IMG/VR virus record: IMGVR_UViG_2522572155_000001
Coordinates: 88,576-152,575 of that record
Length of the DNA stretch: 64,000 nucleotides
Strand: one strand, 5' to 3'
DNA from: a virus
Taxonomy: Duplodnaviria; Caudoviricetes
Below, piece by piece: positions 18,743 to 28,481 of this stretch. Position numbers and translations under genes: made by a program. How positions within the stretch are numbered: position 1 is the first letter of the stretch; each line of letters starts with the position of its first letter. The notes below the pieces were generated by a model, which saw only the letters and a list, made by a program, of their open reading frames with translations, was not told where the DNA came from and searched no databases.

Positions 18743-21141
18743 CAGACTGTCTTGGTGACGACCATGCGGTCACCGTGGTAGAAATGAACGGTCATCGCGA
18801 TCGTGTACGTGCTCGGGATCGCGTACGTGTGAGACGCCTGGAGACCGTAATCGATGGCGCCGTCGCCCCAGTCCCATTCGACCAGGCTGACGTTGGCCAG
18901 CAGGGCCGAACCGCCGAGGCCCTTTACTGCCGTGACGATGGCTGCGAGATCGTCGGTATCGATGGTGAAGTCCACGTCGAACGTGTACGTGGTCCCTACA
19001 GGGTCTCCAATGTCCGTCCAAACGAGGCGGCCCGGCTGCGCGTACTGCGGAATGATCTTCACCGAGGTGAGAGAAGCATCCTGGCGGTTAGCGATGCACC
19101 GTGCCCGTAGCTCGAATCCCGGCTGATCGAAAAGCACACCACCGGTCTGCGAGTTCGTTACATCGCGCAGCGGCAGCCAATCGGCCGTGTTGTCGCCCCA
19201 AGGGTCGAGCGGTGTCGCGCGTGCCGACCACTCCAGCGGAACGTGAGAGATCGAGAAGTTGGCGACGTAGAACACCGCGTCACTCCCCGTGCTCAGCGCG
19301 ACGATATTGTTGCCAGGCAGCACGGACGCGATCTCGGAGAGGTCGAACTCAAGCGTGTGCCAGCGGTCAACCGGAACCCGTCCGACGTTGAGCGGGGTAC
19401 TGTGTGCGACGCTGCTGAAGTGACGCAGGCGCTCATACGTCACCGCTAGCTCGGCCCCCGCCTCTGCCGCCGCGCTCGGAATGAATACATCGACGCTCAC
19501 GCGGGTGTGCCTGAGCGAGTGGGTGGAGAAGAAGTTCGAGCGAACGCGGCCCAGCGCCGTCGTCGGCTTGATCGCGAATGCATTGTCTCCCCGGTCGGGA
19601 GCGGCGATCACGTCAGCATTCTCTCCGACGTACCCGGTGAATAGCTCGCGAGTGGCGCTACCACCGAAGAACACCTGGGCGCCAGATACGGGTGAGATCG
19701 ACCGGAGTGGCTGCGAGCGATACTCCGCGAAGTTGACGGAGTAGGGAATGATGTCCTGGATGAAGGCGTCGCCGTCAACGAAGTTGGCGTACACGCCGAC
19801 ACGCCCACTCCGGCGACGGAGGACCGAGCCGTCTGTGAGCACGGTCGAGTCAAAGAGTGTTGCGGCGTCCTCTAGTCTCTCTGTATCGGACGAGAGGACG
19901 CGCACTCGGATGGACTCCTCCTCTAGCTCGACGGTCAAGATGTAGCGTGTATCGTCCGTGCCGTTCAGCGGTGGTAGAGTGAACTGCGGGAAGGGATAGA
20001 CGTTACCGTCCGTGTCACGCACCTCGACGTTAGCGAGGTGGGCGGCATCCCATACGAGCGTGGACTGAATCCACGCTGCGGTGAACAGGTCCGGCTTGGC
20101 GTCAAGCGCCCATTGGAACTGATCGTCAAGCAGTGACTGCGCAAGCCCTTCGAGGTCGCGCTGCGTCTTGGCGCTGTACTTCGCCACGCCGTAGTCGGGC
20201 TGCGCCCCAGCCGCGTCAAGCTCGGCCATCGTGACACCGTTGAGGTCAAGCATGATCTCGTTGTCGAATGACCCCTCACGCATGTAGACGCGAATCTCGC
20301 CAGGGCTATTCATGCGCCCGGGGGAGAACAGGATCGCTTCGGACACATCGATGGGCTTCGGGTCGTCGGCGCCCGCCCGACCGTCAGAACGGAACAGGAT
20401 GGGGAAGTTGGTCGGGACGAGCGGATCGATGATGGATGACTGGGGGAACGGATATGAGCTTCCCAGTACTAGGCCCGACTTGGGAACAGGATTCATCATC
20501 GCCCGGAAGAGCGTGTTGATGTCGAGCGGGGCACCCATCCAATCCGGGCTAAGGAGACGGATGGCGGCGAACTTGAAGAACGTCGAGGCGGTTCCGAACA
20601 TGCCGATCCGTACTCCCGTGATGGTCCCACTCAGAGGAGCGAGGACGGAAATCGGCCATTCGATGATCTGGTTGACGGCGGCACTGCCCTGAGGGTAGGA
20701 CGCGGTATTGAGGAAGAGCTTGACGGTCGGACCAATTGAGAAGCTGCCGCCTGCGGCCGCAGTTAGCTCAATGTATGACGCAGCATGGTCGATGACCGCG
20801 TCGTCCCAGCTAGGCGCGTCGAGCGTTAGCTTCCAGTCGTCTCCCACCGAAGCGATGTCCACCGGCCGATTTGAGATCGACGTGGCGATATTGCCGGTCG
20901 GAGCAGTCGGGAGGTTGAGGAGTACGCTGTCCGTGCCATTGAAGAGTGAGCCTGCCGCAGAGAACGTCCAGTTCTCCTGCCAATAGTTCGCGCTCTGCGA
21001 CATGAAGCAGCGGATGTCGATGTGCTGCTGCTTGCGAAGCTGCGCGCGCTGGGCTGCGTCGTAGCAGTCGTACCCAACGAGCGTGCCGGTCGGGTGGTCG
21101 AAGTGGTCGGCAATCGGTACCTCGCGTGCGCTAAGCATCAA
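18742..21141 (-). CDS. Minor tail/baseplate structural protein, C-terminal PKD domain
   Basis: WDWGDG...ASHTYA...YTI; beta-rich; lies in the baseplate operon. Confidence 0.65.
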   Translation of the reverse strand: MMLSAREVPIADHFDHPTGTLVGYDCYDAAQRAQLRKQQHIDIRCFMSQSANYWQENWTFSAAGSLFNGTDSVLLNLPTAPTGNIATSISNRPVDIASVGDDWKLTLDAPSWDDAVIDHAASYIELTAAAGGSFSIGPTVKLFLNTASYPQGSAAVNQIIEWPISVLAPLSGTITGVRIGMFGTASTFFKFAAIRLLSPDWMGAPLDINTLFRAMMNPVPKSGLVLGSSYPFPQSSIIDPLVPTNFPILFRSDGRAGADDPKPIDVSEAILFSPGRMNSPGEIRVYMREGSFDNEIMLDLNGVTMAELDAAGAQPDYGVAKYSAKTQRDLEGLAQSLLDDQFQWALDAKPDLFTAAWIQSTLVWDAAHLANVEVRDTDGNVYPFPQFTLPPLNGTDDTRYILTVELEEESIRVRVLSSDTERLEDAATLFDSTVLTDGSVLRRRSGRVGVYANFVDGDAFIQDIIPYSVNFAEYRSQPLRSISPVSGAQVFFGGSATRELFTGYVGENADVIAAPDRGDNAFAIKPTTALGRVRSNFFSTHSLRHTRVSVDVFIPSAAAEAGAELAVTYERLRHFSSVAHSTPLNVGRVPVDRWHTLEFDLSEIASVLPGNNIVALSTGSDAVFYVANFSISHVPLEWSARATPLDPWGDNTADWLPLRDVTNSQTGGVLFDQPGFELRARCIANRQDASLTSVKIIPQYAQPGRLVWTDIGDPVGTTYTFDVDFTIDTDDLAAIVTAVKGLGGSALLANVSLVEWDWGDGAIDYGLQASHTYAIPSTYTIAMTVHFYHGDRMVVTKTV

Positions 21142-22772
21142 ACATTCACCACCGGGGGATCGCCAACAATGAAGTCGTTGCGCTCGGCGTTGACGAAGTC
21201 GCCCATATGCTCCATGTACATGGCGGTGTCGCTCTCGACGGAGTAGTTCTCGCGGGTGAACGCGATCTCATTGATTCCGACGAAGTACGCACGATCCTGG
21301 TCTAGTACCGCAGAGACCTCGCGATACCGGTGGCGGCACGCGACAAAGAAGTACATCACCGGGAAGGTCTGCTCGAAGATCACCGCCTCGCGGTCCAGCG
21401 ATGACACCGCTGTGCTGACGGCCGACGTGGGGGGCAGCGTTTCAACCGGATAGGAGCCCGGCGTCGAAAGAGCAGTGAGCGCTACCTCCCCGAGGAGGTT
21501 GCGCGCGACGTTCCGCACGGCGGGGTCGGAGAGGTACGGCCTCATGGCGACGCTAATGAGCGCCTGTGTCTGCGGATCGACCAGGTTGGTCAGGTCAGAT
21601 GTGAGGAACGGCTGCACGCGTGCGGCGTCATCGGGCGACGTGAATCCCGGTCCGTCCGGCGACTGGAGGAGATCGTCCCGGTAGTAGCGGAACGCGAGGT
21701 CGTAGGCGTTGAAGGTGACGCGCTTCTGGTTAGCAACGAAGGCAGCGCTGGAGGACGGCCGTGCCGCCTCGGTGAGGACGAGGAAGTAGTCGAGCACCCA
21801 CGCTGGGTGCTTCTTGTACGTCAGTGGCTTCTGGAAGGCTCCGGGGGAGTAGGACTTTGCCTGGAGGTGAGAGAACTCGACCTTGATGAACTTGGCCTTG
21901 ACCGGCGTGGGCAGGACGAAGGTGTCTCGCGTAGTCATCTTGTACGACTTCGGGATAGGGGTCCAGATGCGCTCTTCCCAGGAGGTATCGTCTGCGCCAG
22001 GCTCGCCATCATCGGAGTAGTACAGGTGGACCCATACGTTGGGCGTAATGGGGTCTAGAAGCACACGGTCAACGACCTGAGGGCGCCCAAACGAATCGCG
22101 CATGTCGAAATAGCGTGAGACAACGGCGAACTGCGAGGGCTGTGGGGAGGAGAGCCAGTATCCGTCGAGCGAGGAGGTCGGGTCGGATTCAGCGGCGGCC
22201 TTGACGATGGCGACGGAACGGTAGGTGTTCCCGAGGAAGTCGGTGCCGGAATCCGTCACGCCCGCGAGGATGCGGTACATGAACGAGTACTGGCGCCCAG
22301 CGTCTACGAGCGGGGTACTGCCGTCTGCGCCGAGTGCCACGCCGCTGTTATCGGGGTTAGGGCACGTGTACCAAAAGCGGGCAATTCCCGAGACGATGAT
22401 GAAGGAGATGCGGAACTCGTCATCTAGCTTGTCGTCTACGGGGATTGGATGGTCCGCGAGGCACGTCATCCACACTTCGTTGCCAATCGTCGGTGCGCCC
22501 GTAGTGAGCCCACTGGCGAGTGCGATCCACGTGGCAGACGTAGACGGCCGGTGTTCGACGGTCCAGGACAGACGTGCGTCTGCGGCGGCAATCCCAACGA
22601 ATAGCTGGAAGCCCGTGAGAGCCGGGACGACGCTCTCTCGTACGTAGTCAGGCGGGAGCCTGAAGGTCTGGTACTTGCGCGTCGTGGTGTCGATGTGGCT
22701 GCTGCCGTTCTCGTAGACTGCGTTCTGGTTGATGACGACACCGCTGTAATAGCGGTTGAGAAGATCGGTCAT
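21138..22772 (-). CDS. Baseplate/minor tail protein
   Basis: Discoidin-like segments (YWLSSPQPS, KAKFIKVEFS); synteny. Confidence 0.6.
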   Translation of the reverse strand: MTDLLNRYYSGVVINQNAVYENGSSHIDTTTRKYQTFRLPPDYVRESVVPALTGFQLFVGIAAADARLSWTVEHRPSTSATWIALASGLTTGAPTIGNEVWMTCLADHPIPVDDKLDDEFRISFIIVSGIARFWYTCPNPDNSGVALGADGSTPLVDAGRQYSFMYRILAGVTDSGTDFLGNTYRSVAIVKAAAESDPTSSLDGYWLSSPQPSQFAVVSRYFDMRDSFGRPQVVDRVLLDPITPNVWVHLYYSDDGEPGADDTSWEERIWTPIPKSYKMTTRDTFVLPTPVKAKFIKVEFSHLQAKSYSPGAFQKPLTYKKHPAWVLDYFLVLTEAARPSSSAAFVANQKRVTFNAYDLAFRYYRDDLLQSPDGPGFTSPDDAARVQPFLTSDLTNLVDPQTQALISVAMRPYLSDPAVRNVARNLLGEVALTALSTPGSYPVETLPPTSAVSTAVSSLDREAVIFEQTFPVMYFFVACRHRYREVSAVLDQDRAYFVGINEIAFTRENYSVESDTAMYMEHMGDFVNAERNDFIVGDPPVVNV

Positions 22773-24755
22773 TTAGTTGCTCACGTTGCGCCCGAGCCGG
22801 AGGTTGCGCACCTCGACGCTCCAGGGTGCGGACACCCGCGTCACTGGGTTCAGCAGGAATGGCCGAGTCGGTGTGACGACTCGGTCGAGCTTGATACGAA
22901 CGAAGCGCGTATAGAAGGGTTCGCCTCTTACGTCTGAGAAGTTGAACTCCAGGTAGGTCCATCCGCTAGCGGAGGCCGACACCTGATCCGGGTAGTCGAT
23001 GCCACCCACCGGGCTGACGGACACGAACTTGCGGCGCGGGTGCTGATCGAGTATGTCTACGGCTACCTCGATCTGCATTGGCTTCGTCAGCGTCTCGAAG
23101 CCGATGAAGTTGACTACTTGTACCGTGCCCAGGTCGAGTTCGAGGTACTCGGCTCCGGCGATGCGCTCTACCGATGACCAGTACTGCTCGTCCTTGTAGA
23201 TGATCTGGCGAGTGCCAGGCAGACTGGCGTAGGAGGCGTCATAGATTCCGTTGACGAGGCCGCCTGCGCCCATGATGGGCTGCTCGGGATAGTCCGCGAG
23301 TGCCCGGTCTGAGGTATACCTGATACCTGCGTCGGCGCCCAGCATGGGGTAGATCGCGCGCTGGTCGGGGCCGAAGGGGCCGATGTGCTCAGAGACGTAG
23401 AGAGCGGTGCTCGTGCGATCGGCCTCGTAGTTGGCGTCATCGAGCGCGGCCTGGCCGTAGGCGACCGTGGACACCACGTCATGGAATCCACGGTAGTGCT
23501 GGGCGTCGGATCCGTAGGCGCGCGGAGCCTGCTTCTCCTTGCCTCCCTCGATCCAGCCACTGGACGGCCACGGAACCGCGTGGAGGCCATTCACGAACCG
23601 TAGTACCTCCGTGAACTCGGAGGACGCGAAGTCCGTCAGCGGGGCCTGGCGCTGGCGCGTGCCCGAGCCGGAAGACACTGTTGGGATCATCGTGACCGGC
23701 TTGATGCGGTCGAGCGCCTGCTGAAGGTGGTAGAGGTCACGTGGCGGGATGTCCACGACCTCTTCCGTGGCGTCCACGCCGCCGTGGAGCGTCTTGATGA
23801 CGACTGCGGGGTTCAGGCCGCCGCTGAGTGTCTTGGATTCGACGGTGAGCGGCAACGTGTCCTGACGTGCGAGCTTGCCCTGAAAGGTCACCGTCCAGGG
23901 GATGTCGGGGCCGGGGCCGCCGGTTACCCGCACGTTTCCCTCTCCGATATCAGGGATCGCCTCTAGGGCCTCCTGGACGCCGAGTGTGTCGAGCGCTGGG
24001 TTCTCCGGATCGGTGAGGTCCCAGGAGGAGATGGCCGGGGCGTTCCATGGCACGTTGCGACGGGTGACGTTCGACGTGATGCGACCGTTGTAGCTAAAGA
24101 TGATGGCGCCACTCGTGGGTCCGCCGACGATCTTGATCTCTTGGACCTCGGAGGTGCTGATCTCCTGGCGCGGGATAACGATCATCTCTTCCGTCGAGAC
24201 GGTCTTGCCGAAGCTGCGGAAGCCCACGGGCCGGTCGGTGTGAACGTCGTAGAGGTACTTGTAGTTCTCCACAATCTCCACGTCGTGCCCGAGCCCGGCA
24301 CGTGCGACCAACTGCATACCCTGCGGAGAGTTCCCGAGTCGCGCGCCGCCGAGGAAGTCCAGCGCGCGGCTGCGGTAGGCAGCGTCGCGGGCAGTGATCT
24401 GCGCTCGTGCGTCGGAGTCGGCGGCGTCGGCGGTGTCGTACTCCTCTTCGAGGATGCGGCCGAAGCCGAGAGGGTTGCCGAAGAATGCGTCGAGGTCGAA
24501 GAGTTCGAGCCCCATCTCCTCTAGCTTCAGCCGGGCCTTGAGGTAGTTGTCGCTCAGCGACCCTACGCCCGAGGGACCCAGGAGTGCGTAAATGAATCGT
24601 AGGAGGTGGGATTCTGGCGACTTGTGATAGAGGCCGTCCGGGAAGCGGTTGAGCAGGCCGACAGGGTTCTCCGCGCCTCCGAGCGCTTCAACGATGAACT
24701 GCTGGGGGATGACGGCGCTGATCTGCGGCGCAGATGTCAGTGTCTCATCAGCCAT
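22773..24755 (-). CDS. Baseplate wedge protein (gpI/T4 gp7-like position)
   Basis: Directly downstream of baseplate J; LDAFFG..LGFGR motif. Confidence 0.6.
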   Translation of the reverse strand: MADETLTSAPQISAVIPQQFIVEALGGAENPVGLLNRFPDGLYHKSPESHLLRFIYALLGPSGVGSLSDNYLKARLKLEEMGLELFDLDAFFGNPLGFGRILEEEYDTADAADSDARAQITARDAAYRSRALDFLGGARLGNSPQGMQLVARAGLGHDVEIVENYKYLYDVHTDRPVGFRSFGKTVSTEEMIVIPRQEISTSEVQEIKIVGGPTSGAIIFSYNGRITSNVTRRNVPWNAPAISSWDLTDPENPALDTLGVQEALEAIPDIGEGNVRVTGGPGPDIPWTVTFQGKLARQDTLPLTVESKTLSGGLNPAVVIKTLHGGVDATEEVVDIPPRDLYHLQQALDRIKPVTMIPTVSSGSGTRQRQAPLTDFASSEFTEVLRFVNGLHAVPWPSSGWIEGGKEKQAPRAYGSDAQHYRGFHDVVSTVAYGQAALDDANYEADRTSTALYVSEHIGPFGPDQRAIYPMLGADAGIRYTSDRALADYPEQPIMGAGGLVNGIYDASYASLPGTRQIIYKDEQYWSSVERIAGAEYLELDLGTVQVVNFIGFETLTKPMQIEVAVDILDQHPRRKFVSVSPVGGIDYPDQVSASASGWTYLEFNFSDVRGEPFYTRFVRIKLDRVVTPTRPFLLNPVTRVSAPWSVEVRNLRLGRNVSN

Positions 24756-27085
24756 TAGAAGCTCCAGGTGTTCTGCGCCTTAGCCCTGATGATGAGGCCG
24801 GGTACCGAGTCGCCTGGGACGGCCTGCTCAGGCAGGGACGGAAGTTCATCATCTGCGAGGAAGAAATCTGAGTCATGGGTGTACACGCCGCCGACGAAAG
24901 TGGTGCTCTTCAAGCGCAGCTTCGGTCGGACTCCATTGGCGCTATAGGTAATGACCCACGGAATCGTGGCCACGCCTGAGCCCTGGACATCGAGCATAGT
25001 GTCGCCGGTGAGGGTTCGGAGTGCGTCCCGAAGGGTCGGATTAGAGACGATGACGCCCAATGTCGTCGTCGCGCCCGTGTCGGTGCGCTCGATCGTCCAC
25101 TCCCCCGACTGCGGCGTGCCGGTGAAGTACCAGCTAAGCTGCTCCATCCGTGAGGCATTGCCCAGTACGACGGTATCCATGAGCACACTCGTGCGCTGAG
25201 TGCCATCGACGTTGCAGCCCGCAACGCGGTAGTTGGACGGTGCGTGCACCGCGTCGGCCGACCAGCGCACGTTGTCCACGGCGGGGACGTTGTGAATTGC
25301 CTGGAGGAGGTCGGATAGCTGGATGGCGGTGCCGAAGTACTGACTCTTGAAGTACGCCTGCACAGCGTCGCGGATCGCGAGATTTGTTGCTGCCACGCTC
25401 GCCCCCGGTCCGTACATGACGGCGATATCGAGCTTGAAGTAGCGCGTAGTCGCCTTGTGCGCGAGCACGTCCGTGGTCGTCTGTCGGGAGCCGTCCACCG
25501 TCGCCTGAAGGTCATAGATGTTCTTGTCGTATGCGTACTGTGCGACCGTGACGCTCGGCTCGGTGTTCAGCGCGACGACCGGTCCAGTCCACATCGTCGG
25601 GGAATCCGGATCGTCGTCGGCAGCCTGACCGGGCAGGTACTTATCCCATTCGATGCCATTGCGGGCTCGTACGGTGCCACGAAGCTCGGAGACATCCTCT
25701 ACGAGCCAGTAGTGAAGGTCGCGATAGTAGATGGTGCTGCCGATCTTGATGCTGTCGGGAATGTCTGCCACGGGCTGGAGGAACAGCGGCGTGAAGAGGT
25801 TCCCCAGCATCGGGCGATGTTCCACTTCACCCACACGGCGATAGTTCTCGCGGTAGTACGGATGGTTGGGGTCCGCTGTGAAGGTGTTGAGCGGGTTCGG
25901 AATGCCGATCACGCAGTCCGCGAGCGTGGCATTTCCTCCATCTACGAAGATGTCAACCGCATTGGTGATGTTTCGCTCGTAGTCGTTACGTGAAGAGGTC
26001 GACAGATAGGAGTGTTCGAACAGCACCACGTCGCCGGGCCGCACACCCTGGATCGAAGCATCGGCGGACGGGTCGATCACATTCAGGAATGTGATGCTCG
26101 GGCGGAAGCGGTTGCCCGGAAACAACGGGTCGAGTGTCAGGTCGTACTCGGGCACCTCATCGAAGAAGCGCCAGGCGTCCCCTCGGTTCTTGTCATCGGG
26201 GTCGACGTTGAGTCTGAAGTCGGTTACCTCGCGATAGAAGAGGGCTTCGGCGCCGAGCTTCCCGTTGGAGACAAAGTACGGAACCTGAGTGTAGGTGTAC
26301 TTCGAGAAGGGCACGGTCGACATCGCCGTGGTCCACGTCCCTGTCATCGGGAACGGCGGCGGGTCGCCAGCGTAGGTTGCGTCGTCCGGGACGGGGACCT
26401 GGATGTACTCGCGGTAGCGAGAGATCGGGCCTACGACGTTTGCCTTGGTGGAGTACGGCGTGGCAATCGCGAGCGCGAGGTACTGATCGGTCGTGCCCGA
26501 GACGTTGCGGAAGACGGTGTTCTTGAATCGTGCCTTGAGTTCATCGTCGGACTCCTGATCTAGACCGCCGGAAGTGGGGACGGTATTGAATACCCCGTCG
26601 AATCCGACACCATTGACGTACTGTGTGATCGCCTGCGCGGCCACGTTACCGAGGGCACCCGGCACTAGCGCCTGGATCGGAGCGACCACGGAAGTCTCGC
26701 CCATACGGATCGTTACGTCGAACGTAGTCTGGAAAAAGACATCGGCGGCGTCGAGTGACGCGACGACCCTCTGACCGGCGGGGATCCGGATATCCGTGAG
26801 CGCGGGTTGCGACCGGCTGAACGTCACAAAGCCGGTCGCGGCGACAGCGGACTGACGCCCGAAGTTGAAGATCGCCAGGAACTTGTCGAGGCTACTTCCG
26901 ATCTTGGAGTCAATGTCGAGCCCGCCGGAGAGCGCGGTAAGGTCGATGGTGCTGTCCGCGATCTTCTGCGCGAACGCATCGATCAGCAGGCGCTCGGGCG
27001 TGCCGATCTCTGCGGAGATTGCCGGATCGAGAACCTTTAGCTGGTTGACGATCTGTAGTGCGATGTCTCGGGAGGTTACGGCCAT
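24755..27085 (-). CDS. Baseplate J-like protein
   Basis: LD......R..A..ATG.VTF; IPAG; PGALGNV; GGLDQESDDELKARF; FG..IQLSDL. Confidence 0.9.
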   Translation of the reverse strand: MAVTSRDIALQIVNQLKVLDPAISAEIGTPERLLIDAFAQKIADSTIDLTALSGGLDIDSKIGSSLDKFLAIFNFGRQSAVAATGFVTFSRSQPALTDIRIPAGQRVVASLDAADVFFQTTFDVTIRMGETSVVAPIQALVPGALGNVAAQAITQYVNGVGFDGVFNTVPTSGGLDQESDDELKARFKNTVFRNVSGTTDQYLALAIATPYSTKANVVGPISRYREYIQVPVPDDATYAGDPPPFPMTGTWTTAMSTVPFSKYTYTQVPYFVSNGKLGAEALFYREVTDFRLNVDPDDKNRGDAWRFFDEVPEYDLTLDPLFPGNRFRPSITFLNVIDPSADASIQGVRPGDVVLFEHSYLSTSSRNDYERNITNAVDIFVDGGNATLADCVIGIPNPLNTFTADPNHPYYRENYRRVGEVEHRPMLGNLFTPLFLQPVADIPDSIKIGSTIYYRDLHYWLVEDVSELRGTVRARNGIEWDKYLPGQAADDDPDSPTMWTGPVVALNTEPSVTVAQYAYDKNIYDLQATVDGSRQTTTDVLAHKATTRYFKLDIAVMYGPGASVAATNLAIRDAVQAYFKSQYFGTAIQLSDLLQAIHNVPAVDNVRWSADAVHAPSNYRVAGCNVDGTQRTSVLMDTVVLGNASRMEQLSWYFTGTPQSGEWTIERTDTGATTTLGVIVSNPTLRDALRTLTGDTMLDVQGSGVATIPWVITYSANGVRPKLRLKSTTFVGGVYTHDSDFFLADDELPSLPEQAVPGDSVPGLIIRAKAQNTWSF

Positions 27086-27567
27086 TAGCGAGCTACCAGT
27101 GAGTTGTCAGAGATGGGCAGTGCTACGTCAACGGTGTCGCCGCTACCGGTAGCGAGGGTGACGAGGACTGCGAGGGTGGTGGACGTCTGGATGGCCCGCA
27201 CGCCCGACACCCCTACTAGGATTTCGGAGGCGGTAAGGGTGGACTTGGAGTACCTCTGCCTCTCCTCCTTGATCCGCCGTAGCTGGCGGTTCTGAAAGTA
27301 CTCAGCGATGCGACGGATCTCCGTCTCGATCACCGCTAGCGCCAACTGGGTGTCCGTCGCCCCAATCACGCCGGGGACTGCGCGTCCGTCAGGAGTGACG
27401 CCGCCGTCAATGAGCGAGCCCCAGCCCGGATGCATAGGGTCGCTTCCCATCTCGGTGAGCACGGCGCAGCGGAAGTCCTGCACGAGCTTGGCCTGGCCAG
27501 TGACCTTGCCAAGCTGCGCGCCCTGAACATCAAAGTCGCCGTTACGTAGGAATAGGCTCCAAGTCAT
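27085..27567 (-). CDS. Baseplate wedge subunit (gp25/W-like)
   Basis: KLVQD....LTEMGSDPMHPGWGS typical of gp25/W. Confidence 0.8.
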   Translation of the reverse strand: MTWSLFLRNGDFDVQGAQLGKVTGQAKLVQDFRCAVLTEMGSDPMHPGWGSLIDGGVTPDGRAVPGVIGATDTQLALAVIETEIRRIAEYFQNRQLRRIKEERQRYSKSTLTASEILVGVSGVRAIQTSTTLAVLVTLATGSGDTVDVALPISDNSLVAR

Positions 27568-27614
27568 CGTCTCCTATTACGGAGAGATGGCGCCCGGTAC
27601 CTAGGTGAACTGCC

Positions 27615-28481
27615 TCATCCCGCGAAGACGAACCAGCGCACGGCAACAGACGGGGGCGTGTTGTCGTGCGTTTCGGTCGCGTCCGCCTCGGTCTGCAAGG
27701 GGATGGGATGTCTATGGTCGATGGTGGCGTCGTTGAGCGGAGCGGTCGTAGAACCGAATGCACCACCGCCGACCGTGAGGTTGACGGCGTTCGGATATCC
27801 GGTGCCGGAGCCGATCGTCTGACCATTGCCTGCCGTTGCGTGGTTATGCGTCTTATTGACGGTCATCAACTCGCTGAACCCGCCATGGTCGTGCTCCCGG
27901 AGTCCCGACTGCGCGGCCGTCAGGCCCACGGCCTCCACGCCCCACTTGTCGCCCGGGAGGCGCTCAGTGAGACCTGGTCCGGTACCGGCGCCCGCTACAG
28001 CGCGCCCCTGAGTATCAGGAACACGCGGATTGCCCGAGTCATCGCTTCCATGCGGGTTGCCGTCCGCGATCAGCTTTGCGCGCAGGAGCGGGTGCTTATC
28101 TGTGACACCATCCCCATTGCAAGGCAGCCATCTGTCGTTGGGCGCGCTCACCGCCGACGACACCATCTGGCCGACGAAGAGTCCCACCGCCTCGGTTAGG
28201 AACCTCCTTCCTTGACCGTCGAACACCTCATCCGCGTCGATCTTCGCCTCTCCGGGCTGCAAGTCCTGGATGGAGTGTCCCTCGGCGTCCTCGATCCTAT
28301 TGCCGAGGCGCCATACCCCGCGCGTGCGCGTCACACCCCACGTCTCCGCGAGCTTCGGCCATACGAATACGCCCGGTAGTTCCCACACGATGATCTGGAT
28401 GACGGACCCGTCCTTCAGCGTTCCCTCGATCTTGCGGGTGGCTGGGTCACAGGTAACGATGCGCGCAAACGCGGTGTCCAT
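27615..28481 (-). CDS. Baseplate spike-like protein with tail-collar domain
   Basis: N-terminal OB-like region; APNDRWLPCNG...PDTQGRAVAGAG...HDH...HRH...TPPSVA collar motif; start trimmed to ATG 28481. Confidence 0.75.
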   Translation of the reverse strand: MDTAFARIVTCDPATRKIEGTLKDGSVIQIIVWELPGVFVWPKLAETWGVTRTRGVWRLGNRIEDAEGHSIQDLQPGEAKIDADEVFDGQGRRFLTEAVGLFVGQMVSSAVSAPNDRWLPCNGDGVTDKHPLLRAKLIADGNPHGSDDSGNPRVPDTQGRAVAGAGTGPGLTERLPGDKWGVEAVGLTAAQSGLREHDHGGFSELMTVNKTHNHATAGNGQTIGSGTGYPNAVNLTVGGGAFGSTTAPLNDATIDHRHPIPLQTEADATETHDNTPPSVAVRWFVFAG

